In this document: positions 10,660 through 20,456 of the stretch, piece by piece | Position numbering within the stretch: position 1 is the first letter of the stretch | Layout: every line of letters begins with the position of its first letter | Assembly (NCBI GenBank): GCA_041665545.1 | Contig: JBAYIQ010000003.1 | Coordinates: 3,222 to 67,221 of the forward strand | DNA: 64,000 bases | Reading direction: 5' to 3' | Source: Patescibacteria group bacterium | GTDB lineage: Bacteria; Patescibacteriota; Patescibacteriia; UBA1558; GWA2-36-10 | The notes under the pieces: model-generated | Databases searched by the model: none | Seen by the model: the letters and a program-made list of their open reading frames with translations, nothing else | What the model was told of the DNA's origin: nothing | Made by a program: the position numbers and the translations under genes

Positions 10660-10751
10660 TGTCATTGCGAGCGATCCGCCGGTTGGCGGAGAGCGTGGCA
10701 ATCCCAATGAGATTGCCGCGTCGTTCATTGCATTCACTCCTCGCAATGACA
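10660..10751. repeat. REP-like palindromic element (GTCATTGCGAG...CTCGCAATGAC type)
   Basis: Perfect 12-bp terminal IR TGTCATTGCGAG/CTCGCAATGACA; inner stems TCCGCC/GGCGGA and CGTGGCAATC/GATTGCCGCG. Lies 7 bp after the GIY-YIG stop. Confidence 0.85.
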
Positions 10752-10761
10752 TGTGTAAATT

Positions 10762-11880
10762 ATGAAAATACTAATTGCTACAGGCATATTTACTCCAGAG
10801 ATAGGCGGTCCAGCTACCTATGTGCCTCTTGTGGCCGAACAATTTTTGCATTTGGGTCATGAAGTGGCAGTGATAAGTTACTCTGATAAAACTAGTTATG
10901 AGCAGGATAAGACCTTGTCTTACCCTGTCACTCGAATAGTACGCAGTAATAAAATTAGTAATTATTGGCGTTATTTTAGAGCACTTTTTAAGTTGGCACC
11001 AAAATATGACCTGATTTATTGTTTTGATCATTTTAGTGCTGGATTGCCAGCAGCTACTGTTAGCCAAATATTTGGAAAACCTTTATATGTTAGAGTGGGC
11101 GGTGATTTTATCTGGGAAAGATATGTGGAGCACAATTCAGTCACCTTGGAGCAATACTATGAACATGGCTTGTATAAAAAAGATATCAATCGTTTCAAAC
11201 TGATAAATTGGGTGTTCCAAACTAGTCGAGCCATTATATTTACGACCGATTGGCAGAAAAATATTTTTTCCAAGTATTATAATTTGGGAAATAAAAAATT
11301 ATTTGTTATCAATAATCCCATTGATCAAAAATTAGATATTCGGCGTGATGAAAACAACATTTCTAATGACATTATTTTTGCTGGACGTTTTATTAATAAA
11401 AATAATATTTTTAATTTGATCAAAGCTTTTGTGGCTTGGTCGCAGGATAAGTATAAATTAGTCTTGATCGGTGAAGGGCCACTGAAAAATAAGTTGGAGA
11501 ATTTAATTATTGAGAATAATTATCAAAATATTATAATCTTAGATAAATTATCACGAGTGGAATTAGTAAAAAAAATGGCTCAAAGTTGGTTGGTGGTTTT
11601 CCCATCACTTAGTGACATCAGTCCCAACACCATGCTGGATTGTGTGCAAGCCAAGATTCCTTTTGTCAGTACGCAAGAAATGGGTTTTGATTGGTTAAAA
11701 AATAATATAAAATTATTTGATCCCACAAAGTCGGCCGAGATTACGGGCTGTTTGGAATATTTAGCCGATGAGAATAATTATAGTCGTTACACAAAAAATA
11801 TTTCGGAGTTAGTATATTCATATTTTTATAAACAGGCCGCTGAAGATACTATTAAAATTTTTGAAAATAAAAATCAGTAA
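10762..11880 (+). CDS. Glycosyltransferase family 4
   Basis: MKILIATGIFTPEIGGPATY, FAGRF..KN, VFPSLSDISPNTMLD (degenerate EX7E). Confidence 0.85.
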   Translation: MKILIATGIFTPEIGGPATYVPLVAEQFLHLGHEVAVISYSDKTSYEQDKTLSYPVTRIVRSNKISNYWRYFRALFKLAPKYDLIYCFDHFSAGLPAATVSQIFGKPLYVRVGGDFIWERYVEHNSVTLEQYYEHGLYKKDINRFKLINWVFQTSRAIIFTTDWQKNIFSKYYNLGNKKLFVINNPIDQKLDIRRDENNISNDIIFAGRFINKNNIFNLIKAFVAWSQDKYKLVLIGEGPLKNKLENLIIENNYQNIIILDKLSRVELVKKMAQSWLVVFPSLSDISPNTMLDCVQAKIPFVSTQEMGFDWLKNNIKLFDPTKSAEITGCLEYLADENNYSRYTKNISELVYSYFYKQAAEDTIKIFENKNQ

Positions 11881-11888
11881 TATTTGTG

Positions 11889-13325
11889 ATGAAAAAAATT
11901 ATATTAGCACAAATCAACTATTCTCAAGATCGTTCAGAAAAAATTCTGCCAATGGGAATTTTGTGCGTTGGTAGTACTTTAAAAAAAGCGGGTTATGATG
12001 TTGAGCTTGTCAATATCAATGAAAAGGAAATAGCTAAAACAGCTGATTATATAGTCCAACAAGACCCCCTGTATGTCGGCTTGTCAGTGATGACTGGTAT
12101 TCAGACCCAGCATAGCGCCGAGTTATCTAAAAAGATTAAGGCCAAGAAAAATATTCCAATTGTGTGGGGCGGCATTCATCCCTCGCTTTTGCCAGAGCAA
12201 TGTTTGGGTGAGGATTATATTGATTACATAGTAATTTCTGAAGGAGAAATCAGTATTGTGGAGTTGACGGAAAAAATTATTCACCAGGAAGAGCCAGAGG
12301 ATGTATTGGGTGTTGCTTATAAAATAGCCGGTCAAGTCAAAATAAATCCTAGCCGACCTTTTATTACCGATCTAGATGAATACCGAATAGATTTTTCTTT
12401 GATTGATATAGAAAAATTTATTTTTCCCCTAGATAAATATAAGCGGGTAATTGCTTATAAGGCCTCACGTGGCTGTCCTTTTAATTGCGCTTTTTGTTAT
12501 AACAATTTATTTAATAAAAATCGTTGGCGTGTCTGGTCAATTGATACTGTCGTGGAAGATATACAATTTTTAAAAGACAAATATCAGATCGATGCGGTCA
12601 AGTTTTATGACGATAATTTTTTTGTCAGTAAGAGTCGAGCTTTAGAGATTTTAGAAAAAATAAACTTACCCTCACATTTAGAGATTAGGATTGATTCTAT
12701 TAACGAAGAAACTGCCATTAAGCTCAAGGAATACAAAGTTTTTGATATGCTCATAGGAGTAGAATCAGGTAGCGATAGGTTGTTGCAAATGATTGATAAA
12801 AAGTTTACAGTTGAAAAAGTTATGGAGTCTGTGAAGTTATTAGCTAAATATGATTTGCCGGCCTCATACTCGGTAATAGTTGGTTTACCGACCGAAACTA
12901 GCGAAGAGTTTGAGTCTACCATTAATTTGCTTTACAAAATTTATAAAGTTCACTCTAAGGCCGTTTTTACCTTAGGTGCGTATTTGCCTTACCCAGGATC
13001 GCGGATGTATGATTTTGCCATTGCTAATGGTTTCAAGCCACCAGTTAAGACCGAAGGGTGGGGTGCCATTGATCGCTTTCGTAAGAACTTTGACTCGCCT
13101 TGGGTTAATGTCCAAAAAGTTTGGCGAATTAGAGAGTATTTTAAGTTTTTAAACTGGAAATTAGGACCATTGATCAAGTGGTTTGAGTGGCGAATCAAGC
13201 ATCGTTTTTTTAATTTTCCAATCGATATTTATTTAACTGAATATTTTGCTGGTCTAGCGATTGAGCAAAAAGGTTGGTTGGGAAAAAGTTTGCGCCAAGT
13301 TTATAATCTAGCCAAAAGAGTTTAA
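11889..13325 (+). CDS. B12-binding-domain radical SAM protein
   Basis: PMGIL, WGGIHPS, SEGE, RGCPFNCAFC, DDNFF, GVESGS, PYPGS. Confidence 0.9.
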   Translation: MKKIILAQINYSQDRSEKILPMGILCVGSTLKKAGYDVELVNINEKEIAKTADYIVQQDPLYVGLSVMTGIQTQHSAELSKKIKAKKNIPIVWGGIHPSLLPEQCLGEDYIDYIVISEGEISIVELTEKIIHQEEPEDVLGVAYKIAGQVKINPSRPFITDLDEYRIDFSLIDIEKFIFPLDKYKRVIAYKASRGCPFNCAFCYNNLFNKNRWRVWSIDTVVEDIQFLKDKYQIDAVKFYDDNFFVSKSRALEILEKINLPSHLEIRIDSINEETAIKLKEYKVFDMLIGVESGSDRLLQMIDKKFTVEKVMESVKLLAKYDLPASYSVIVGLPTETSEEFESTINLLYKIYKVHSKAVFTLGAYLPYPGSRMYDFAIANGFKPPVKTEGWGAIDRFRKNFDSPWVNVQKVWRIREYFKFLNWKLGPLIKWFEWRIKHRFFNFPIDIYLTEYFAGLAIEQKGWLGKSLRQVYNLAKRV

Positions 13326-13345
13326 ATCTAAATTGTTTTATAATA

Positions 13346-14443
13346 ATGAAAATATTAGGTATCAGCTTAGACCCCAGTATTTTGGACAAAGAATCAATAC
13401 CAGCCCAAAGGATTATTAAATTTGGACAAAATTTGGACAAATATTATTTATTAGTGCCAACTGATAAAGATCAAAAAAGTCAGCTAGCTGCTAATATATT
13501 TGTCGAATCATTGGGTTCTCATAACAAATTTTTCTTATTTTTCAAAATATACAAAAGAATAAGTGAAATAATAAAAAATGAAAAATTTGATCTACTGACT
13601 ACTCAGGATGCCTATTTTTTATCATTGATACTTATTTTTTTAAGTAGGAAACATGGAATAAAATTTGAAGTGCAGATTCATGGTTTTGAAAAATATCACG
13701 GTTTAAGAAAATTATTAGCTAATTATTCTTTGAGACAAGCGGATATCATCAGAACAGTTAGTATCAAAACCAAAGAATATTTAGTGGATAATTTTTCCAT
13801 ACCAGCCAAAAAGATTTATGTGTCTCCAGTGTTTGTAGATCGGCAAAAAATAGAAAATAGCAAAAATGAATTTAGTCTCCGAGATCTATATCAAAATGAT
13901 TTTATTTTTTTGACCGTCGGTAGATTGGTGCCAGTAAAAAATATTGTTCTGCAGATTAGGGCCATCAAGAAATTGAATTTAGATAAAGTGAAATTAGTTA
14001 TTGTTGGCGAGGGGCCAGACAAAGCCAATCTGCAAGCATTGGTTGCTCGCGAAAATCTAAATAAATCTATTATTTTTGTTGATGGCTATATAAAAAATTT
14101 AGCTGATTATTATAAAAGTGCTGATTGCCTATTGATAACCTCTAATATGGAGGGGTATTGTATGGTAGTGGCCGAAGCAGTATTGGCCGATCTACCGGTG
14201 ATTATGACCGATGTTGGCTGTGCCAATGATTTAGTGGAAAATAATATAAATGGTTTTGTTATTCCAATAAATAATTTAGATGTTTTAGTAGCTAAAATGA
14301 AAAAAGTAGTTGAAGATCAGAAATTATTAACAGAATTTAAAACAAGGCACACAGCCTATAAGGAAAAGATTTTGAGTCAGCAGGCTTTGTCTGATATTAT
14401 TATTGATAATTGGCAAAAAGTAATATACGGGCATGAAAAATAA
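13346..14443 (+). CDS. Glycosyltransferase family 4
   Basis: VGRLVPVKN, EGYCMVVAEA, TDVG. Confidence 0.9.
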   Translation: MKILGISLDPSILDKESIPAQRIIKFGQNLDKYYLLVPTDKDQKSQLAANIFVESLGSHNKFFLFFKIYKRISEIIKNEKFDLLTTQDAYFLSLILIFLSRKHGIKFEVQIHGFEKYHGLRKLLANYSLRQADIIRTVSIKTKEYLVDNFSIPAKKIYVSPVFVDRQKIENSKNEFSLRDLYQNDFIFLTVGRLVPVKNIVLQIRAIKKLNLDKVKLVIVGEGPDKANLQALVARENLNKSIIFVDGYIKNLADYYKSADCLLITSNMEGYCMVVAEAVLADLPVIMTDVGCANDLVENNINGFVIPINNLDVLVAKMKKVVEDQKLLTEFKTRHTAYKEKILSQQALSDIIIDNWQKVIYGHEK

Positions 14444-15470
14444 ATTGTTGATTATCACACAAAAGGTTGATAAAAATGACCCAGTGCTTGGCTTTTTTCA
14501 TGGCTGGCTTTTAGAGTTTGCAAAAAAATATGAAAAAATTACGGTAATTTGTTTAGTTAAGGCAGAATATAATTTACCAAGTAATATAAAAGTGTTGTCG
14601 TTGGGCAAGGAAAATAGAATTTCTCGTTTAAATTACGTTATTAATTTATATAAGTATATTTGGCAAGAGCGCGCTAATTATGATCAGGTGTTTGTGCACA
14701 TGAATCCGGAATATTTAGTTTTAGCTGGTTGTTTTTGGCGTTGCTGGGGCAAGCGCATAGGGTTCTGGTATAATCATGCCAAGGGTGGTATTAAGGCTAA
14801 ATTAGCCATTAAATTGGCCCACAAGGTATTTTATACTTCTTCTTACGCTTTTGCAGCTCGATATCAAAAATCACAGGTCATGCCAGTGGGTATTGCGACT
14901 GATATTTTTAAAATTAATAAATTGAAACAAGTATCTGAACCTTTCAGGTTGTTGAGCTTGGGCCGCATTTCACCAGTTAAAGATTTAGAAACACTGGTGG
15001 CAGCAGCTAAAATTTTGGCTAAAGAAAATTTTGATTTTTTGTTAGATATTTATGGTACGGCACCAGTTCAGGACGAGGATTATTATAAAAAAATAAGAGA
15101 GCAGGCAAAGACTTTGGAGGTAGATAATAAAATAATTTTTCATTCGTCTGTAGTTTATCAGCAAACGCCAGACATTTATAATAGTCATGATCTTTTTATT
15201 AATTTAACTCCCAGCGGTAGTTTTGATAAAACTATTTTAGAAGCCATGGCTTGTGGTACTTTAGTTTTGATTTGTAATAAGTCTTTACACGACGATTTGC
15301 CTGATAATTTTTTATTTAAAGAGCACGAGGCCATTGACTTGGCTAGGAAAATAAAGGCCATATCTTTAATTGATAAACAGAAATATCAAGAGAAATTTAG
15401 GCAGTATGTTTTAGAAAAACACAGTGTGGATATTTTAATTAGTCGTTTACAGCAAGTATTGGGTGAATAA
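14433..15470 (+). CDS. Glycosyltransferase family 4
   Basis: LGRISPVK, GSFDKTILEAMACG. Confidence 0.9.
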   Translation: MKNKLLIITQKVDKNDPVLGFFHGWLLEFAKKYEKITVICLVKAEYNLPSNIKVLSLGKENRISRLNYVINLYKYIWQERANYDQVFVHMNPEYLVLAGCFWRCWGKRIGFWYNHAKGGIKAKLAIKLAHKVFYTSSYAFAARYQKSQVMPVGIATDIFKINKLKQVSEPFRLLSLGRISPVKDLETLVAAAKILAKENFDFLLDIYGTAPVQDEDYYKKIREQAKTLEVDNKIIFHSSVVYQQTPDIYNSHDLFINLTPSGSFDKTILEAMACGTLVLICNKSLHDDLPDNFLFKEHEAIDLARKIKAISLIDKQKYQEKFRQYVLEKHSVDILISRLQQVLGE

Positions 15471-15488
15471 TAAATAGAGCAACTTAAA

Positions 15489-16613
15489 ATGGATAAAAAA
15501 ATTAAAATTTTATTTGCTATTGATTATTTTGCTGTTGGTGGAGCTCCACTAGTGGTGTTAAATCAAATTAATGGTCTAAACAAAGGTTTATTTGATCCTT
15601 ATATTTTGGTTCTTTATAAGACAGAGAAACCAACATTTTTTGCTGAATTGAATTTTGGACCGGATAAGATTTTCCAGATGAATTTAAAAAATCGTCGCCT
15701 TTTTGATTATAAAACTTGGCGTATGATTTTTAAGATTTTAAAGCGAGAAAAATTTGATGTGGTTTATACTCACTTATTCTTGACCAATTTAATTGTCAGA
15801 TCACTGGCAATTTTAGTCAGAGTTCCAGTCATTATTTCTTTTGAGCATAGCTCTTACTCAGGTAAGCATTTGTGGCAAATTTTTATTGACAAAATCCTTT
15901 CTTTTTTTACCAATCGTATTATTGTCTCTACTAAATCTGTGGCTGAATTTACTGCTAGGCAAGAGAAAATTTCTATTAAAAAATTTGTGGTAATAGCTAA
16001 TCCAGTTATTTTGCCAAAAAAAAATGAGTTTGCTATTTCTGAATTAAGAAAAAAGTTGAATTTGCCATTAGGTTCTTTTGTGGTCATGACACTAGGAAGG
16101 TTTTCCGAAGAGAAGGGTTTGGAATACTTTTTGCAAGCAGCTAAAATAATTTCTCCACTCATAAAAAATGTTTATTTTTTGCTGGTAGGTTATGGTGGAC
16201 TTCAACAAAAGTTAAGGCAAAAGATATTGGAGTTAGAGCTAGAAGATAAATGTAGTCTAGTAATTGATCCTCAACACGCTAAAGAATATTTGTATATTAG
16301 CGATTTATTTGTTCTACCCTCTTTAAGGGAGGGGCAGTCAATAGTCACCTATGAAGCAATGACGGCAGGATTGCCCGTAATTGCTTCGCGTCTGGATAGC
16401 CTTACTGATATTATTGATGATGGTAGGAGCGGAGTTTTAGTAGAGCCAAAAGATAGTGATGCTATAGCTGAAAAAATAATTTATCTTTACCAAAATCCTG
16501 CTATCAGACAGAAATATAGTGAAGCTGGTAAAGAAAAAACTAAAGAATATAATCTTGAAAGAAATATAAAAGAATTTGAAATTTTAATTAAAAATTTAAT
16601 TCAAAAGCAATGA
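15489..16613 (+). CDS. Glycosyltransferase family 4
   Basis: GGAP, LGRFSEEKG, PSLREGQSIVTYEAMTAG. Confidence 0.9.
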   Translation: MDKKIKILFAIDYFAVGGAPLVVLNQINGLNKGLFDPYILVLYKTEKPTFFAELNFGPDKIFQMNLKNRRLFDYKTWRMIFKILKREKFDVVYTHLFLTNLIVRSLAILVRVPVIISFEHSSYSGKHLWQIFIDKILSFFTNRIIVSTKSVAEFTARQEKISIKKFVVIANPVILPKKNEFAISELRKKLNLPLGSFVVMTLGRFSEEKGLEYFLQAAKIISPLIKNVYFLLVGYGGLQQKLRQKILELELEDKCSLVIDPQHAKEYLYISDLFVLPSLREGQSIVTYEAMTAGLPVIASRLDSLTDIIDDGRSGVLVEPKDSDAIAEKIIYLYQNPAIRQKYSEAGKEKTKEYNLERNIKEFEILIKNLIQKQ

Positions 16614-17923
16614 ATACTGATAAAATTATAAATTTTTCCGATAATATAATCGATAATAAGCTTATAGATTATCTGGCCGGAAGAGATGAGGTAGGGCAGA
16701 TAGTTATTGGCCAAGATTATCATTTGAAAAAGAATAAAATATATGACTTTGGCGATGGTTATATAATGCCAACTAGTATAGCCATTGTGTCAGAAAAACA
16801 TATTTTTCCCAGAATTAATTCTAATACTGGCTGTACCATGGCCACGATAGTTATAACTGATTTTTTTAAGCAGTTTCCTAATTTTGATAAGGCCGACTTT
16901 ATTAAATTGACTGAATATATAATTGGGGGGTTCTTTTATCATTTACAATTTAAACTAAATTATTTTTCGCCGTTAGTAGAAAGAAATAAGTTTGATATTA
17001 ATAGTGAGCAATATTTTAAAAATATATTACGTTACGGTGATCGAGCGGTGGTAGATAATTTTAGTTCAGAGATAAGATATTCAGAGGGACTAAAAGATGG
17101 TCACGAAAAACTTGAAATGGATGTTGAGGAATTGTTAAAATTAGTAAAAATAAAACTTGGCCGGGAATTTTATATTATGCCAAAAAAATATTTTGGTTCA
17201 TTTTTTGGTGGTAATCATTTTTTTGAGTTGCAAGTCGCAGACAATAATAAGGATGATTTATTTATAACTTTCCATACGGCGGGGGATAATTTATTAAGAA
17301 TTTTAGATAAGGAAAGCGATTTTTATAAATTTATTGTAGGTAATGGTTTAGAGCCAGTTAACATTGAAACCGGTCAAGCAAAAATGTTTTTAGAAATTGT
17401 AAAATTATTTATAAATTATAATCGAGCCTATATAGCCAACACCATGATCATGATTGAAAATTATTTTAATAAAATAAAACCAGGGTTGATTATTAAAATT
17501 TTAGCGATAGATCGACATGACGGTTTATTTAAAGAAAAAGTCAATGGTAAAGATTATTACATTTTCCGTCAAGGCAGTATTAGCTCGGTTCCTGGTCAAA
17601 CCCACATTCTTTCGGGCTATTACAATGCTAATTCATTTCTTTGGCAGGCCGGCGAAAACATTGGTGCTGCCTATAATACAATTGATCATGGTATGGCCAC
17701 AAGTATTAGTAGTCGTAGAAGGGAAAAGTTATCTGATAATAAAGTGACATTGGTTAGATTAAAAAAGTTAGTAAATTGGTGGCCACTTAGAACTATCAGT
17801 CAGGTAGAATTAATAGATTTAGAGAATGATTTTGTTCGACATCTTGAGAAAAAGAAATTAATTAAAATTGTGAGTAGGCTTAAGCCAATTTATAACATAA
17901 AAACAAATATTAATGGCGATTAA
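16610..17923 (+). CDS. Divergent RtcB-family (RNA 3'-phosphate ligase fold) protein
   Basis: RtcB motifs in the correct order: QDYH, NTGC, GSFFGGNHFFELQ, FHT, RHD, FRQG, GQTHILSG, TIDHG, RLKPIYNIK. Confidence 0.75.
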   Translation: MNTDKIINFSDNIIDNKLIDYLAGRDEVGQIVIGQDYHLKKNKIYDFGDGYIMPTSIAIVSEKHIFPRINSNTGCTMATIVITDFFKQFPNFDKADFIKLTEYIIGGFFYHLQFKLNYFSPLVERNKFDINSEQYFKNILRYGDRAVVDNFSSEIRYSEGLKDGHEKLEMDVEELLKLVKIKLGREFYIMPKKYFGSFFGGNHFFELQVADNNKDDLFITFHTAGDNLLRILDKESDFYKFIVGNGLEPVNIETGQAKMFLEIVKLFINYNRAYIANTMIMIENYFNKIKPGLIIKILAIDRHDGLFKEKVNGKDYYIFRQGSISSVPGQTHILSGYYNANSFLWQAGENIGAAYNTIDHGMATSISSRRREKLSDNKVTLVRLKKLVNWWPLRTISQVELIDLENDFVRHLEKKKLIKIVSRLKPIYNIKTNINGD

Positions 17924-18725
17924 AAATATGTCACATGGCTTTCTTAAAAATTTTTTATTAGTTAAAAAGACTAAAGATAATATTAAGAATGGAAATAAAA
18001 TTTTGTGCGGCTATCGTTTACCCAGTTTATTTTTTAAAAAGTATTGGTTATGGTTTTCCGATCCGATTGACATAAAGGGTGCAGACATGGTGAATTTTTT
18101 TTCTTATAATAAGATTGATCGAGATGAATTTTATTGCAAAGAGGGTATGACTACAGTAATTGATTTAAATCAGGGTATTGAGGCCATTTTTTCGAAAATG
18201 AGAAATAACTTTATTATTAAACAAATTAGAAAAGGGGAGAGAAATGGTATTGTTATTAAGCTGGATAAAAATTTTAGCGAGTTTAAAAATATATATTATG
18301 TGTTTAGGAAGAGTAAAAATTTGACGAAAGATAACCCCAATGTTTTAGCGGATAATGGTATTTTATTTTCGGCTTATTATAATAATAGTATGATTGCCGG
18401 CGGTATATTTATTTCAGATGGTGTAAACATAAGAGCTTGGGTATTGGCGTCGCTAAGAAAAGTAAGTGGTTCAAAGGATCGGGAAATAATTGGCCAAGCT
18501 AATAGAATGGTCATCACTGAAGCTATTAAGTATGCAAAGAATAGTGGCCACAAACAGTTTGATTTGGGTGGTATAAATCCATATTCTACCGATATTGGAG
18601 AAAAAAATTTGGCTGAGTTTAAAGAGAGTTTCGGTGGCGCGAGAATAAAATGTTATTATTACTATAAAGTCTATTCAAAATTGTTAAAACTTTTGATGAG
18701 ATTTAGGGGATTTAAAAAAGTATGA
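17913..18725 (+). CDS. FemAB-like / GNAT-fold acyl- or aminoacyl-transferase
   Basis: TTVIDL..IFSKM..IRKGERNG, and EAIKYAK..FDLGG..LAEFKESFGG. Confidence 0.8.
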   Translation: MAIKNMSHGFLKNFLLVKKTKDNIKNGNKILCGYRLPSLFFKKYWLWFSDPIDIKGADMVNFFSYNKIDRDEFYCKEGMTTVIDLNQGIEAIFSKMRNNFIIKQIRKGERNGIVIKLDKNFSEFKNIYYVFRKSKNLTKDNPNVLADNGILFSAYYNNSMIAGGIFISDGVNIRAWVLASLRKVSGSKDREIIGQANRMVITEAIKYAKNSGHKQFDLGGINPYSTDIGEKNLAEFKESFGGARIKCYYYYKVYSKLLKLLMRFRGFKKV

Positions 18726-19660
18726 AGTTTATTATTACTGTCGATACAGAAGGTGATAATCAGTGGTCTAAAGAAAAAAAAATTACCACGGAAAATTTAA
18801 AATTTTTGCCGCGCTTTCAGAGATTGTGCGAAAGATATGGTTTTATTCCGACTTATTTATTGTCTTATGAGGTAACCCAAGATGAAACAGCGGTTAAAAT
18901 ATTGTCCGATTGGCAAGGGCTTAAAAAGGCTGAAATTGGAGCACATTTGCATCCGTGGGTGATGTCAGATTATAAGGGTGAAGGGCAGGCTTACCCGAGC
19001 GAGTTGACTGATCATGATTTAAAGCAACAACTTGAAATGTTGACATGGGCAATTGAAGAAAAATTTAATAATCGTCCGACCAGTTATCGGGCCGGCCGTT
19101 GGGGTTTTAATGAAAGGCAGGCTAAAATTTTGAAAAATTTAGGATATTTGGTTGACTGTTCAATTACGCCGAAAATCAACTGGGCAAAAACTTTAGGGTT
19201 GATCGGAGGACAAGGCGGACCAGATTTTCGCTTTAGCCAAGTCATGCCTTATTATATTTTTGATGGTTTGCTGGAAATTCCGATGACAATTTTATTTACT
19301 GGCATATTAAAAAAAGAAAAAAATGCCTGTGCTAATTTTTTTCTAGGTTTAACAAATGGATTTTTGAAAAAAATATTAAATAAAATATTGTTTCGTCAAA
19401 AGTGGCTCAGAATTTTTCCTGGCAGCGGGGAGGGAGATTGGATTAATATTTATAAATCGGCTAAACTTAATAAATTACCATGTCTTGAGTTCATGATTCA
19501 TTCGTCAGAACTGATGCCGGGCGGCAGCCCTTACGCCAAGGATGAGGCGGCCGTGGAATTAATTTATGATCAATTGGAAAAAATGTTTAATTATTTTAAC
19601 AGCCAAGGTCTAGCCGGCGCGAGTTTAAGTGAATTCGCCAGAGATTATAAAAATTATTAA
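18722..19660 (+). CDS. Polysaccharide deacetylase-like protein (WalW type)
   Basis: ITVDTEGD, EIGAHLHPW, SYRAGRW, DCS, HSSELMPGGSP. Confidence 0.85.
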   Translation: MKFIITVDTEGDNQWSKEKKITTENLKFLPRFQRLCERYGFIPTYLLSYEVTQDETAVKILSDWQGLKKAEIGAHLHPWVMSDYKGEGQAYPSELTDHDLKQQLEMLTWAIEEKFNNRPTSYRAGRWGFNERQAKILKNLGYLVDCSITPKINWAKTLGLIGGQGGPDFRFSQVMPYYIFDGLLEIPMTILFTGILKKEKNACANFFLGLTNGFLKKILNKILFRQKWLRIFPGSGEGDWINIYKSAKLNKLPCLEFMIHSSELMPGGSPYAKDEAAVELIYDQLEKMFNYFNSQGLAGASLSEFARDYKNY

Positions 19661-19667
19661 TAGATTT

Positions 19668-20456
19668 ATGACTTTTTTAGAATTTAAAGAAAAATGCCTC
19701 AGGCCGAAATTAAACAAAATGTCAGGCGATAGAATCTATCGTTGGGAAAGAAATTTTTCCGTAAGGTTGTCATGGTTGCTTGTAAAAATATTCCCAAAAT
19801 TAAAAGCTAATCAAGTGACGGTAATTTCCTTGTTTTTATTATTAATAATTTTTTTAGCAAATTTTTTTAAAACAAATGCAGTAGAAAATTTTTATATCGC
19901 TTTAATACAGTTGATAACCCTATACTTTGTTGGCATATTGGATAAAATTGATGGAGAAGTTGCCAGATATAGAGATCAATATTCGCAAAGGGGTATCTAC
20001 TATGATAGGATGGTTCATTTTTTTTACCCCCTGGTTTTTTATTTTTCCATCGGACATTTTTATTATTTTATCAGCAACTATGCAGCTATATTTTTTCTTA
20101 CAATTTTATTAGCAGTATTTTCAATAAATTATGTATTTTTTACAGAGGCTATATGTTACATTGGCGTTAGAATGAAACAAGCAGATTATGTTTTCTATGA
20201 TCTAATACCCGAGGGTACTAAAAAAAAGTCAAAACGTTTGCCTATTTTTTTGCGACTACTTGATTATTTGACTTATATGATGTACACTTGGACGCTTTTT
20301 TATTATATTGCCGTCACAGTGGTAAGTTTGGGAAATTTTATGCTTAGTTATTATTTTTATATATTTCAAATTATATTATCATTGTTCGTTGTTGGTTATA
20401 AGATTTTTTATTTCTTACCAAGAGAAAAAATGTATGATGAAGCATTTTTAAAATGA
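19668..20456 (+). CDS. CDP-alcohol phosphatidyltransferase family protein
   Basis: ANQVT, then DKIDGEVAR..SQRG.YYD..H; multi-TM. ATG 19668 preferred as start. Confidence 0.8.
   Translation: MTFLEFKEKCLRPKLNKMSGDRIYRWERNFSVRLSWLLVKIFPKLKANQVTVISLFLLLIIFLANFFKTNAVENFYIALIQLITLYFVGILDKIDGEVARYRDQYSQRGIYYDRMVHFFYPLVFYFSIGHFYYFISNYAAIFFLTILLAVFSINYVFFTEAICYIGVRMKQADYVFYDLIPEGTKKKSKRLPIFLRLLDYLTYMMYTWTLFYYIAVTVVSLGNFMLSYYFYIFQIILSLFVVGYKIFYFLPREKMYDEAFLK

Noticed and set aside
10659-10862. 67-aa ORF MSLRAIRR...LLAMT
   Set aside because: It is the translation of the REP-like palindrome and overlaps the next gene out of frame.
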